Shown: positions 25,565 to 38,248 of the stretch, piece by piece
Layout of the letters: every line of letters begins with the position of its first letter
Numbering within the stretch: position 1 is the stretch's first letter
Source: Heteronotia binoei
Taxonomy: Eukaryota
Direction: 5' to 3'
NCBI RefSeq assembly: GCF_032191835.1
Contig: NC_083243.1
Location: 164,424,001-164,488,000, forward strand
DNA: 64,000 bases
Made by a program: the position numbers and the translations under genes
The notes under the pieces: generated by a model
Databases searched by the model: none
Told to the model about the DNA's origin: nothing
What the model saw: the letters and a program-made list of their open reading frames with translations, nothing else

Positions 25565-25752
25565 CAGGGGTGTCAAACTAATTTGTTAGGAGGGCTGGAT
25601 CTGACATAAATAGGGTTGCCAAGTCTAACTCAGAGAATATCTGGGGACTTTGGGGGTGGAGCCAGGAGACTTTCCCTAAAATAAATAAAAACACAGCAGT
25701 GCAGTTCCCCTAGATATAGTAATCATTATTTCACCCAAGCAGCCGTAAATCA

Positions 25753-25786
<34 letters not shown>

Positions 25787-26795
25787 GCAAAAATAAAAGT
25801 TTGCAATCCCACACTTGTGTGGTCTCACTGGGGCAATTTACTCATGAGTTGCTGAACTTCCAATAACACAGGGAAACCAAAGATTCAAGTTTACCTTTTA
25901 CTATGCAAACGACCTCTGAAAAGCTTGTACAACAAATGTAGGGTCTGGGTTGCTTTCACAGCTACTGGGAGAAGCCAGGTTGTTCTGCCTGCTCACCCTG
26001 CCCCCATTCGGCCTTAAAGACACAGATACACCATCCAAAAAGGAAGCCTTTGCAAACTTTCTCCTAGAGTTCTGAAGGGGAAAGGCACATGGCAGCTGTG
26101 GGGTGGAGCTTCCCCTTGCTGGCCAGATGACTGGGGGCAGGAAGGAACCTGGGAAAGCAGGAGAACCCCTGCTGGGACCTGGTGATTGGCACGCCTAGAC
26201 ATAAATGAGACCTTGTCGGGCCAGGCTGTGTTGGGCTGGGCCATGTGTGTACCTATTTAAGATTAGGTAGCGGAGATATAAAGTGTTTTAAGGACACAGA
26301 CAAACATGATTAAAGATTTTTTTAAAAAATAAAACATGCTTAAAACATTAGCACTTGTTGGTCTTAAAGGTGATTCATTTGTATATCTCCCATGGGATCC
26401 AGGGAACTGGGCAAAGGAAGCTCTGGCTCCTTCCCTCCCTCCCCAGGGGACCAGGAGCCAGAGGAGCCTCAACCAATGGAGAAAATGGAGCTTCTGTGCA
26501 ATTGAGCAAGCTTTGCAATTGTTGTTATGTTTTCATTGTTGTTTCAATTTATTTGATCACACAAATGTGACTGTGTGACCTCTAATCTGTGAGCCGCCCT
26601 GAGCCTGCCTCGGCGGGGAGGGCGGGATATAAATAAAACAAACAAAAAAACAAATAAATAAATAAAGCAAGCAGAGATGCAGAAGGAAGCAAGAGAGGGG
26701 GAGAAGGAAGCAGACAAGAGCCAGTTGCTTGTGGGCTTGATAGGAGTCCTCCTGGGGCCTGATTCAGCCCCCGGACCGCATGTTTTACACCCCTG
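25565..26795 (+). mobile_element. hAT-Charlie-like MITE (CAGGGGTGTCAAAC termini) with nested inserts: TAGGGTTGCCA fragment at 25611, microsatellite, L2 3' tail at about 26585-26665
   Basis: Termini caggggtgtcaaac / gttttacacccctg; perfect 8-bp TSD atttagtc (25557-25564 / 26796-26803). Confidence 0.85.
25753..25786. repeat. (TC)n(AC)n compound microsatellite
   Basis: Direct reading. Confidence 0.95.
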
Positions 26796-27268
26796 ATTTA
26801 GTCCATTACAGGAGTATGGAGCAGATGCACTCATCATGTCCCCGCTGTTTACCATAAATTGTCAGATTAAAAGAAAAATCTAGAAGACACAATTTGCACT
26901 AGTACTGTTAGCAGGGCCATATGTGATGTTTCTCTCCAGTACTGAGTTACCAGTACGTTATTTTATTTATTTTATTTATGTTGTATTTATATCCCACCCA
27001 TTCTATGCAGACTCAAGGCGGCTAACAACATAAAATACACAATAAACAATAAGAAATATTAAAACAAGCAATCAAATACATCAAATTATGGGGGTTCTCC
27101 TAAGACCTAAGGAGGGAATTGGTGGAAATCAGCACAAGTGTATACAAGTACTGGCACCTTCTACCACCCCTGCCAGCACTGACTGTAAGTACCAATGTAA
27201 AAATGGGATACTGGTACAAACCTTAATAGGCAGCAGGAAAGGGCAGTAACCAGTCTGTCCAGTGATTC

Positions 27269-27350
27269 CTTTTCCTCCCCAGAAAGGAGTACCACAGCTG
27301 TAGTAATCCCTTTCTTTTCCTCCCCAAAAAGGAGTACCACAGCTGTAGTA
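27269..27350. repeat. 45-bp-period tandem duplication
   Basis: cttttcctcccca(g/a)aaaggagtaccacagctgtagta at 27269 and 27314. Confidence 0.9.
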
Positions 27351-27789
27351 CTTGCTTTTTTAAATGCTGTTTTATTAGGATGCTGTGGAACTAGGATTTT
27401 TCTTTTATAAATAATGAAGGTATGCTTTGTTTCATGGAGCTGAAGTAGATATATTATTCTCTTACAAGGGTTCAGTGAGACAGTTTAAATTTTTATTTTA
27501 TGCTGCGCACCCACTCTTTTCCATCTCCAGAAGAAGTCCTGCTTCACTTTGAGCTCAAAGAGAACAAGTTCTATCTAAGCTTAGCCCCAAAACATAAAAG
27601 AAAAGCCAGGAGATTCTATTTCACTGTAGAATCTTGCCATTTTCTATCATGTTCTTAATTAAGATTGATGAACCAATCATTTGAGAATAATGCCATTTGA
27701 TACTTCAGGACATGTACATATTTCAGTTTCTTGTTTGCTTTGGATTTTATATAGAAAAAACAACAACATGGGATCACAGTTCATAATAG

Positions 27790-28419
27790 AGAAAATACAG
27801 TCAATCAAACACTATAATATGCTGACTAACATATTAGTAAAACTTTTATCAAGAGTACTTTTATCACAAATCTTACAAAGCTATTTGTCACATTAAAAGG
27901 AAGTACAATATTGCAAAAAGTCCATCCAGTGAGCACCTGGTTTAGGCTCATTTCATCAAATTCTTTCTCAAGGATATTCCTGTACACGTCAAAGTGGTAC
28001 TGAAATATAAATTTTAAATTAAAATTTAAAAAGTTTCTTCCATTCAGCTTTGTGTTGTATCTTGTTATAACTGCCATGGTTTAGTCCAGGATAATAATTT
28101 TGAAAGAAACAAAAAGGTTGCGGAGATTTGTACCAGTCAAATCCAGAAGGCCTTTGCATCTGTTTTAAGAAGGACTGATTTGCTTCAAATGCATACACTG
28201 ATATATATCAGGAGGCTGATAACCTTTACGTGTCCAGGAATATCTTTGAGAAAGAATGACTAAATGAGCCTAAACCTCATTGGATGGAGTTTTTGTAATA
28301 GTGTACTTCCTTCTAATGTGACAAATAGCTTTGTAAGATTTGTGATAAAAGTACTCTTGATAAAAGTTTTACTAATATGTTAGCCAGCATATTACAGTGT
28401 TTGGTTGTCTGTATTTTCT
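27790..28419. repeat. About 200-bp inverted repeat (arms 27790-27994 and 28224-28419) around a spacer of about 230 bp
   Basis: Manual reverse-complement alignment; a core of about 70 bp (ctaacatattagtaaaac...gtcacatta) is identical between the arms. Confidence 0.9.
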
Positions 28420-28527
28420 GGATTTTATATAGGCATCTAATTTAGCACATTAATTGAATCTCCAAAATAAAATCTAATAATCCATTGCTGACACATAGAT
28501 GTAACACATTCACAATTTACTAAAGTC

Positions 28528-28790
28528 AGAGCCTTTTTGATGTAGTGGTTAAATGTGCGAACGCTTATCTGGGAGAACCGTGTTTGATTCCCCCCTCCTC
28601 CACTTGGAGCTGCTGGAATGGCCTTGGGTTAGCCATAGCTCTTGCAAGAGTTGTCCTTGAAAGGGCAGAGAGCTCTCCCAGCTCCACCTACCTCACAGGG
28701 TGTCTGTTGAGGAAGACGATAAAGATTGTAAACTGCTCTGAGACTGTGATTCAATGAGAAGGGTGGGTTATAAATCTGCTGTCTACTTTT
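28528..28790 (+). mobile_element. tRNA-derived SINE (Squam3/MIR-related)
   Basis: A-box-like tagtggtt, B-box-like gtttgattcc, body ctcacagggtgtctgttg, tail gggttataaat. Confidence 0.8.
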
Positions 28791-28889
28791 CTGGGGGAAT
28801 AAGGCTGATCAGAGTTCCGGAACCTCTTTGTGGAAACAAAATTCTAATTTTTAAAAGTCTCTTAAAAGGTTTAAAAGCCACGTGTTTTT

Positions 28890-29140
28890 CAGTTTGGTGT
28901 GGTGGTAAGTGCACTGACTCTTATCTGGGAGAACCGGTTTTGATTCCCCACTCCTCCACTTGCAGCTGCTGGAATGGCCTTGGGTCAGCCATAGCTCTGG
29001 CAGAGGTTGTCCTTGAAAGGGCAGCTTCTGAGACAGCCTCTCAGCCCCACCTATCTCACAGGGTGTTTGTTGTGCTGGAGGAAGATAAAGGAGAGTGGAG
29101 GGCGGAATATAAATCCAACATCGTCGTCGTCTTTTTCTTC
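28890..29140 (+). mobile_element. tRNA-derived SINE (Squam3/MIR-related)
   Basis: Same head and body as 28528-28790; (TCG/TCT)n tail. Confidence 0.8.
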
Positions 29141-29329
29141 ATTTCTCTCTTGAGAGTTCCAGCACTATATTTTCCAGGGGAAAAAGCCCTAACTAAAGTA
29201 AGCATCAAGAACTTGCCTACATGCCTCGTGCCAAATAACAGCCAAACATTTTTCCTCATACCGTTTGGAAAGAAAACTGTACATAGCTGCCTGCCTGCCC
29301 CAAGGCCATTGCTTCCAAGCCTCCCTTAC

Positions 29330-29760
29330 TAAATAAGCCGCCGCCTGTAACTAGCTGCGTTACTCATAGCGTCTGTTTCCTTCCTCCGTCTGTGTTGCAG
29401 AAAAACAAACACGAGCCTCACCCTGTTCAGGTGTGTTTAGCCTAAAAAAAAAAAGGTATCGCGAGGAATGCTGGGAGATATAGTCTTTGCGCTCAAGAAA
29501 CCTCTGGTTTGGAAAGCTCCTGTACTACATTACCCAGAACGCTCCACCAAAGGAGGTGTAAAGAACTGCCCTTTGGCCTACCTGAGCGCAGACTACGGGT
29601 TGCTTTGGTAACAAATAAGAACGAAATTTCTTCTTTATTTCCTCGGTAGCCAACAGTCTTCGGGCAGCAGGTTACTCCTGGCCAGTTAATATGACTTCTT
29701 TGAATGGAGGTAGGCTGCCCTTGTCGGTAATATTTTTCCCGCATCCAGGAAGGTATATGC
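29330..29760 (+). promoter_or_regulatory. Candidate promoter and non-coding first exon of the SIGIRR-like gene
   Basis: Locally CpG-enriched sequence, not recognised as a repeat, between ANO9 and the leader exon; GT donor-like sites at 29455/6 (aaag|gtatcg) and 29752/3 (gaag|gtatat). Inference only. Confidence 0.35.
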
Positions 29761-30414
29761 AACCACTTACATTTCTTTCTTCACTCAGCCCAACAATATA
29801 AGAACGCTATTTTGTGAGGAACAAAAGTTTGTCCCTGTTCAAGATTGTATGACGACAGTAATTATCCTACAGTATTATCTTACATTGGGGCAAAGTGTGG
29901 GAGGACCTGTTGCCTTTTATTTAAGCAGTAACATTATTGGGTTACAGAAAGTCCTCCCCCCCGCCCCCTATAGTATAGCTTCCCTAAACTAGTTGTGATT
30001 GTGAAAGCCTAAAAACTGGATTAAGCCCGTGAACAGACCGGAGTAGGATTCTGAGTAGACTTGTTTAGGAGGGCAATGTTCAAAACTACCAGTGGGTCTG
30101 CTACAAATTTACTTGGAAGTCAATCTCGCTTAATTCAAAAGGGCTTATTTCCAAATAAGTGGATATTGAATTATAGCCTTTGTTTCCTTCTAAATTAAAT
30201 AAGAACAGGGCATACACTCCTATTTTCATGGAAGTAAGATCAATTAATGCTAGTGCTATTTATATGGAATTTTAAGATTGCAGCTTTAGGTTCAGTGTTG
30301 GTACTTTAATAGGGAAAAATAAGGACTATCCAGCCAAAGCTATGCAGTTTTAATGTGCAATCTCATAAACATTAATAGAAAAATAAATGTTATTGAATGC
30401 AGTAGAATTGCTTC

Positions 30415-30560
30415 ATTATAACCATATTCAGTTCATTTCTTTTATTATTACGGTCATTTGACCAAACATATAGTCAGTTTTACCGTTTGCACAATAACCG
30501 ACATTTATACAATAAAACATAATAAAATATAAACCTGGTTACAATACAATTTCCATAGCC
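30415..30560 (-). mobile_element. LINE 3' end fragment, possibly related to the 19565-22900 element
   Basis: The minus strand reads ...tggtcaaatgaccgtaataataaaaagaaatgaactgaa (stem-loop, poly(A) signal, gaactgaa tail). Confidence 0.5.
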
Positions 30561-33344
30561 TAAGTATCAACACACAGAATTTGGCTAGTTGGTATGCAGT
30601 CCTATTATTTATTATATTCAATTTGTTATAATCAAGCTTAGCTTTTTCATGAGCTGCCTCATTATATGGGCAGGTAAAAAACATATGCTCTATGGACTTG
30701 ATCTCTTAATGAACATGTGCACAGCCTTTCAGAATAGGGGATTTTCTTCTACCTACCTTCCACGTAGCCATTTTAAAACTGCATTGTACATACAGCTGAT
30801 TTCCCATTTAAATGAGGGGGCTTAAATGTGCTGGCTGTATATTTAGTCATTACTCTTTGTTATTAAACTATAAACTATAGTGCTACTTCTGGCTTCTAAA
30901 AATTCCTAAAATAGAATGTGATTACTGGGAGAACATACTAGATAGCCAGCATTTTATGCTGAGGATTGTCTTCGTAAAACTGAATTTCAGTTTATTAGTG
31001 AATAACAAAATGAATAATTGGCAGGAAATGGAAATATTTTGAAAATTACTGATCCCTTTGGAAATTGCAGAGCTGAAATTGTGTGGTCTGATTTCTAGGA
31101 TAGCAGAGTTGCCTGATAGCTGTATTGAATTAATGTATTTGTAAAGGAGAAATCTGTGATCTACTGGGAAGATTCTACCTAGGTGTTTTTTGGATTTTTT
31201 TTGTGCTGTGACCTTTACAAACAAATGAAAATGGAATTTGTCAAGAATTTGAGTTAAAATTATACTATTGAAGAAATTATATCTTGAAATTTTCTAACAA
31301 ATGTACTTTTGAGTTCCAGGGGGGTAGAATGGTTGCAGGCATTAGTGCCCATAATCGTTACATACTGTACTGATGGGCAGTATACCAGAAATATTTTTAT
31401 GACTGCTAAAGCTGTGGGTTTTATGAAATTAGTTCAGGATGTGAGTCTAAGCCGGGGGTGGGAGGGAGGAACTACATTAAAAGTTATTCCTGTCACCTCT
31501 ACATGGGGAAAAAACACAGCCTTATGGTTGAGGCATCCTGTTCTTCTTAAGATTTATTTCTTTAAATGTAAAAATTTCATAGAGAGGAAGCATAGTATTT
31601 ATGACTGGTCAAAGCTAGTAGCATCCACCACAACTGGAACTAATTGACCTCAATTCACACCTCAGTTTTTCGTGTGTCCTCACTTTCACATCTTATTTGG
31701 CCCTTATGTGCCAGGACAAAACATTTATTTTACTCCTGCTTTTAATTAAGGTGTTGCTCTTTTAACATAATTTTTATATTCTGCTTCTAGCCCAAGAACT
31801 GTTTCATGAGACTAATTTTAAACTGTTCAGTGTTTGTGCTGTTATATTTTGTAAGTGGTCTTAAACAAGTTTTCTGTTCAGGTGGCATAGATGTTTTCTA
31901 AATAAGTCAAACTGTTCTATTGTTTATTTTGGTGCTACCCCCTAATCTTGGTTTACTTTGATTATTATTTCTGCTGTTTCTCTGATTTTGATTCTTTCGC
32001 AGAAGCTCATAATTGATTTTTGCTGTTATGAGAGTAATTATTTTATTTTTGTTTTACATAATTATGTTAATTTTGTGAGGTGCATCAGCTATCTTATTTG
32101 AAAGGGATATATAAACAGTCCTTGTTTTGCATTCGACTCAGTGGGGGGAAAGGGTGGAAAAAATTTGAATACAATGTAATCTGGAAACCAAAAAAAATGC
32201 CAGGTGTGACATATCTGACCCTTCAGTTTAAAATGATGGCAGAACCAACCAGAGTTACTTACCTGTGTGAAAGCTGGTAAATGCAAGTGAGCTATGTTAT
32301 CCATCTTTAATCAGTATCTTCTTGATTAATGCTGACAAGTAAATTACCTGTACCCCTCCAGTTGCTTAATTAGATTAGTAGAATGAGTGCATTCATTAAA
32401 GACAGTACATTATATATTGAACAGAGGATATGGTCAGCTAATTTGTCTAGAGCAGCTTGCCAATCAGCTATTCTCACTAACTCTTATTATACTGACTGAG
32501 AAACAAGATATTAAGAGAAGTAGCTGTTCTCCATGAAGTCACCTCTGAGCGGCCTCTTTCTCAACACTACTGCATTAGCAGGATTGCCTATAGCCTCTTT
32601 CTGAATGCATATTTTTATTCTGTGTGTGTTGCAGATATATATTTTAGAGTCTTTTAGTACTGTAATTGGATTCGGTAATATTTCTCATTGGCATGGTGTA
32701 GCTGTACAGGTTTAGCCTTGCCTTGCAGTCTCAGCTTTTACCTCCAAGGAAAGCATCCCCCCAGCAGAGCTAGGTATGTTTACCTGTTTTTGCCCCTGTG
32801 GCAGCAGCTTTACAGCAGGATTTGGGGATTGTTGCCCTGGTGCCACAGAGCAGCAAGTCTCACAGCTGCACAGCTCTTGAGCAACCTGCCTTCTGGCTTT
32901 GTACTGAGCAAATGCCTGGTCGCTTGCTTTGCTGCCAACAGGTTGGGCAGGTTTTATTTATTTATTTAAGTTTTGCTGGTTTCGTTTTCCCATTGCATGC
33001 AGGTGGAATGATAGGAGGAGCAATGATAGCAGGTGGGAGGCACCGGCTCTTTCTAGTGCAGGCCTGGAACGCTGTGATTGGGGGTGGAAATGGAACAAGT
33101 TGTTAAAGGAGGACAGGGATTGAACAATAAGAAAGGAAAAAAGATATTAAACAGGCAACGCTAGTCTTTTGGATAGTCATGTGATTAACATGGCTAAGAT
33201 CAGGGAGTATACAGGAAGGAAGTGCAAGAAATTTCAAGATTTGAAGGTTTCTGCCTGAATCTGAAAGAGGGGACTCCAGAAAGGTAATGCTTCCTCTTGT
33301 ATTTTTCTTCCAGTTTGCAGATTGTTACTTGTGGATGAACCAAA

Positions 33345-33438
33345 ATGACTGTGAAGCTGCCCTTTCTTCTTTTTGTGACATCTGTGCCCTTGGCTCTTGC
33401 CACAGGGATTAAGCAAAAAAGGACAGCAGCCTTACAAG
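33345..33438 (+). CDS. SIGIRR: Putative first coding (signal-peptide) exon of the SIGIRR/DIGIRR-like gene: MTVKLPFLLFVTSVPLALATGIKQKRTAALQ
   Basis: Acceptor tttgcag| at 33320, ATG in caaaATGa context, donor caag|gtgaga; ends in phase 1, matching both downstream Ig exons; basic n-region, hydrophobic core and an A-L-A cleavage motif. Confidence 0.65.
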
Positions 33439-34899
33439 GTGAGACTAGAGAAGGAAAAAGTAATATTTTATGTTTGTTTGTGGTTGTTGGTTTTGCTACA
33501 CGCACAGAGCTAGTGGGTTTGTCAGTAAAGGCCCATGGTCTCATGCTGTTTTTCTTTTTCTCTGTCCTTGTTGCCTGACCTTAACAAATCACTTGCCTTA
33601 GCAAGTAAACTGTCTTTTCTGTAGAGGTGAATACCTCTTTTTGGAAGTGGTGGCCTTCATTCTGAGTATCAATATTTTGAGGGAGTATTTGAATTTAAGA
33701 TTTGAAACTTTGTTTTGAAAGGCATCCTTGTTCCCAATGGATTTGCACAGATTGCCTTGTTCCTAATGCCAGTTTTCACCCTGTTTCTGCTCTGGTTAGC
33801 CAGTGAGATTACGTTTGGGTAAATTCCCTCAATATTTACTCCCAGCTGCATCTTTTCCAATTATTCTTGACACCTCTCTTAATTCTGTAGCCTTTTGGCA
33901 GATGTTGCTGGCCTCTTCCTGGTTCCATATGAATTTCTAGTTGCTTGATAGGACTGGCTTTTCTCAGACAAAGGGTCTTACAGAAGTCAACCTGTGTCTT
34001 TCCAGGAAAGCTTCCTTTCTCCTTGTCTCCTGCGTTAAGATAATCTAGGGGTATATAAAGTAAGGGAGCTCAAATTGCATCCAATGTTCTTCTGAACTTC
34101 ACAGTTTAGCCTTGTTTGTAGCTTCTGCCCATGCATGCAGGACCTTTGAAGTGTAGGTCTGGAGATGGGATCTCACAATGCAGGAAGGTTCCAGGCAGTT
34201 GTGTTCTAAAGGGCAGCTCACCAGTGCAATAAATAGTGCAGCAATTTGCCACTAAATTAGTGGTAGCCAATCCTTTTGACCAGGATGCCATGTGCCCAAT
34301 CCAAAATATGAGACACTGTTGCTTTAGTGTGCGGCCTCCTATGTGTTGGGGTGGTTTTGCCTCTAGTCTGTGGGGCTCAGGAGCAGGCAGCAGTGTAATA
34401 GTGAACAGGCACATCAGTAGGTCTGACTTTACTATAGGTTAGGGGCTCTTATGCTGCAATTTAGATATGCCACAAAAACTGATTCCTTGTGCCATATGTA
34501 CATTGATTACTTATGCACTAAATTAAATACAAAGTTGCATATATAATTGGCACAATTATACCCCACTCTTAAGTTTTCAAAAACTCTGTGAAAGAAGTGG
34601 CTGAACTATAAATCTAGGAAGCAAGCTGACTATCTGCTGGCTGTAGTGCCATATGTCTGCATATAATGTTTTTATCTAAGTTAAGAAAGCTTTCCATACC
34701 CTGTTTACTGTCCTCAAATATGGGACATGTGGCTTTGAGGGTGTAGGAATGAATTATTCTTTCATAATGATTCCTAATGCAAAGTTTAATGTGATAACCT
34801 ACATTCCTAAAACTGTTTGAAATTATCTCAGTTGTTTGAACCTCGCAGTGCAAAGCTGTTGCCTTGCTCTGTTTCCTGGGAATGACAGAAAGGTGAACA

Positions 34900-35040
34900 A
34901 AATGGACAAAAGGAAATACTTCCTTACTCATCAAGGAATTCACTGCCAGCTGATATAGTGATGGCTGTAAGCATGGATAACTTTAAAGGAGCTTAGAAAA
35001 ATTCATGGAGGATAGGTCCATCAGTGGCTACTAGCCATAG
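34900..35040 (+). mobile_element. CR1 3' end fragment
   Basis: Similar to 57580-57710: ggaattcactgcc...gtgatggct...ggtccatcagtggctactagcca. Confidence 0.7.
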
Positions 35041-35054
35041 TTACTAATCAGAAC

Positions 35055-35730
35055 CCTCATATTGAGGGGGAACTGTCCCAGCGACACCCACTGGAATGTG
35101 GGGTGCTGCAGGGAACTGTTCTCTCTCCAGTGCTAACATCTATATGCGCCCCTTGCCCAGTTGGTCCAGAGGTATGGGCTGGGTTGCTATCAGTACATTG
35201 ATACCCGGTTGCAGGGCTTTTTTAAAAAGCAGGAATGCAGTTCCGGCTGGCTTGGCATCAGGGTGTGTGGTCTAATATGCAAAAGAGTTTCTGCAGGGCT
35301 TTTCCTGCAAAAGTCCTATGTGTAATAATTATGATGTTAGGTGGTGTGGCCTAATATGCAAATAAGTTCCTGCTGGGCTTTTTCTACCAAAAAAGCCCCG
35401 CCTGGTTGTATCTGTTGTTGGAAGAATGGACAGACTCCACCGCAGAGGTCTTGGGCAGGGCACTGCTAGCCATGACTGGTTGACTCCAAAAAAGCCAACT
35501 GAAATTAAATCCAGCAAAGACAGAGGGTTCTGTACCTGAGTTGTGGGGACCTGAGATCAGGAATCCAGCTCACAAGCCTTGATGGGATACTGCTAAAGCC
35601 AGTGCCGATGGTGAAAAGCTTGGGGGTGCTCCTGGATGCCTCTCTTTCAGTGGAGGCCCATGTTGCCACAGTTGCTTGATAGGCCTTTTATCATCTATGG
35701 CTGTCAGGCAACTGGTCCCATACCTCTCTT
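35055..35730 (+). mobile_element. L2 RT fragment interrupted by a MITE
   Basis: acatctatatgcgccccttgcccag...ggtatgggctgggttg matches the NIYMRPLAQ...YGLGCHQY segment of the other L2 copies; later KSLGVLLD-like segment. Confidence 0.75.
35212..35400 (-). mobile_element. hAT MITE, CAGGGCTTTTT family, inserted into an L2 fragment
   Basis: TIR cagggcttttt / aaaaagccccg; TSD cccggttg / cctggttg; internal duplication. Confidence 0.8.
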
Positions 35731-38248
35731 CCCAGGACTTAGCTACAGCCCAAATATAGGAGACAGAAGATTGCAAATGTATGGTAACCTTGATCATGGA
35801 GTACAGATGTAAGCCTTCACCCTACACAGCAGCCATTAGACTGAAGGGAAATAGATTGCTTACCTCTTGCTTCTCAGCAGCTATAGCTTGATGGAGGGCA
35901 GGATGTATGCCATGAATAACAAAGCTAAATTTTCCTCCAGGAGTCTTTAAACTGGTAGATGGTCTGCCCACCTTTGCAGTTTAAATAGTCCTTTTGGGAT
36001 GAATGATTAAAACTGATGGGAAAGTGCTTCCTTTAATCTTGATTGATTCACCCTAAATGGCAGCCTCTCTAACAGGTTAAAGGTTTTATGGGGGGACTGA
36101 GGAGCGGCATGCATACTATCAGGTACACATGTCCAAACTCCAATTTCAAAAGGACTTTTACATACAGCATGGGGAGGGCAAATAAACATACCCTTCTTCC
36201 TGTGTTGCTCTGCTTGGGTTCAGTGATGGATCAGAAACCTGAGCTATAAAGGAGGTTGGAAGGAAATTTTCTGTGTCCCCCTCACCTCGTATGATTCCAC
36301 TTTATTCTTCTACTGAACGCAGTGCTGTAAATTCAGTCCATATAAGCAGGTGTTCATTCCATTCAGCAGTTGTTTATTTAGCATAATTTAGTGGCTGAGA
36401 AACGTTGTTAAGTTTCTGTCTTTTTGAATGCATATTATTATTTTAAACTATGCACACCTGATATGCAAGAGTGTGTGGAGTGCTACATTTGAACATTTTT
36501 ATAGCTGTAGTTTTTCTGATGTATAGGTGGTTTCTTTAAATAGCTGGACTTGGCCATCCATGCTAAGTAATGCAGCAAACTTTCTACCTGTTTTCCCCAA
36601 AAGAAAAAGATGATGTCATCTGGGTCTGACCTCTTGGATTTGCTTCAGTGAAAATTGCTCCTCTGGGGAGATGTAATTTTCCATTCAGGCTTCTTGAAGT
36701 TTCATGAAGCTCTTGCTTCTGTAGTCACTGAGACTTAGTGTGTCATGCACACCAAGTTACAATGTCAAAGCAATATATGTCCCAAATATAAAAGCTATAG
36801 GTAGGTTGGAAGTTATGATAAACCTTATCTTTCTCTGCCCCTCCTTGGTACACAAAGTTTACATACGTTGGCTTGTGGACATGGGAAAAGTACTGACAGT
36901 GTCAATACAATAGTGTTCCTGTCTGCTGGACTGATAAATGGGATTATAATCCTTGAATTTTACATTAAATAGCCTTGTTCAGTTTTCACTGTTGCAACTG
37001 AGTAAACTGAACCACATTTTATAGATACTGTTTTTGAGTGAGTGAGCCATTACCTTGAAAAGAAAGTGTCTGAGCTTGAAAGTGTATGCATGGGAGAAAG
37101 GAGAAAAAAAGAAAATACTGATTTGTTGAACCACTAGTAAGTTACTTATTCAGTAAAGTCTATTCTTTATTATGGCATATTAAGTCTATTCTCTTTCTCC
37201 AAAGATCACTCAGTTTCTGTCTGATCTTATTAATGCTAACCTTTATATGGTGTCGGTGGTGTAATACCATGCTCCGCTATAATGGAGGGAGGTGAAGGGA
37301 TAGCTAATCTGACGTTCACATTTTGCCACTGTGCTTCATGAATGCTCCAGCACAGGCTCAGCACAGTGGGAAAATACTCAACCAGTGAGGAAGTGTAGAG
37401 TGAAACTTTCTGAAGTAAATTTTGGAAGATGGGGAGGCTTTTAAAGTTAACAGTAAATGGTATAGCACTACACAGCAAATAGCACAGTAGGATGCTGCAA
37501 AGCCATGACGTCCATTAGAAAACAGAAGTTCACAAACAGTGTGGTCATGGACTGGAAAGGAGGAGATCCTGTTCTTCAAGATCTATTAGAGAATCCATCT
37601 TCAGCTAGAGTAAGGACAACTATATGTATTGCACCTGAATAAAGCACTCCACCAATAAATGAGAGTATGTGCCGCTGTCTCTTGTGTGTGCATGTATTTA
37701 ATGGCTGTTATTAGTGATGTCTTTGGCACAGTAGGAGTCCATGACACTTGCATAGGCACACTCCACATAGCTCTTGCAGCAGCAGTGGTTGTGCTAGTGG
37801 CAGAAAGAATAACCTTTTCTCATTGAAAAGATAATATTGTTTCAGTGCTGGGAAAGTGAGATCCCGTGAACAGAGATAGAGCCCCTTGACTGCATACATT
37901 TCACAAGAAAGGAATAAATGTAACTCATTTATTTTATTACCTACCCATCACCTGGAAAATCTCCAATAATTTGGCAAGTATAGTTTGCTGCACAGATCTC
38001 TGCTATTTCGTTAGTACTCTCTTGGATGGCTGCATACAGATTTTTTTCTGTGTTTCTTTTCTCTTCTGCTAAGTTTGGGCTACCAGATGACCTCTTTTTA
38101 GAGGACATGCCCTCTTTTTTGGTGTCTGTCCTCTTTTGGGCTTTTTAAAAAAATGGATGAAATTGTCCACTTTTTGCCTTATAGTCCCCCTGTGGAGGCA
38201 AGCTGCAGCTTAAATAGTAGGAGTATTTAAAATTAGATTTGTCATAGA

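Noticed and set aside
28528-29140. tRNA genes
   Set aside because: Only SINE heads with A/B-box remnants; no complete cloverleaf.
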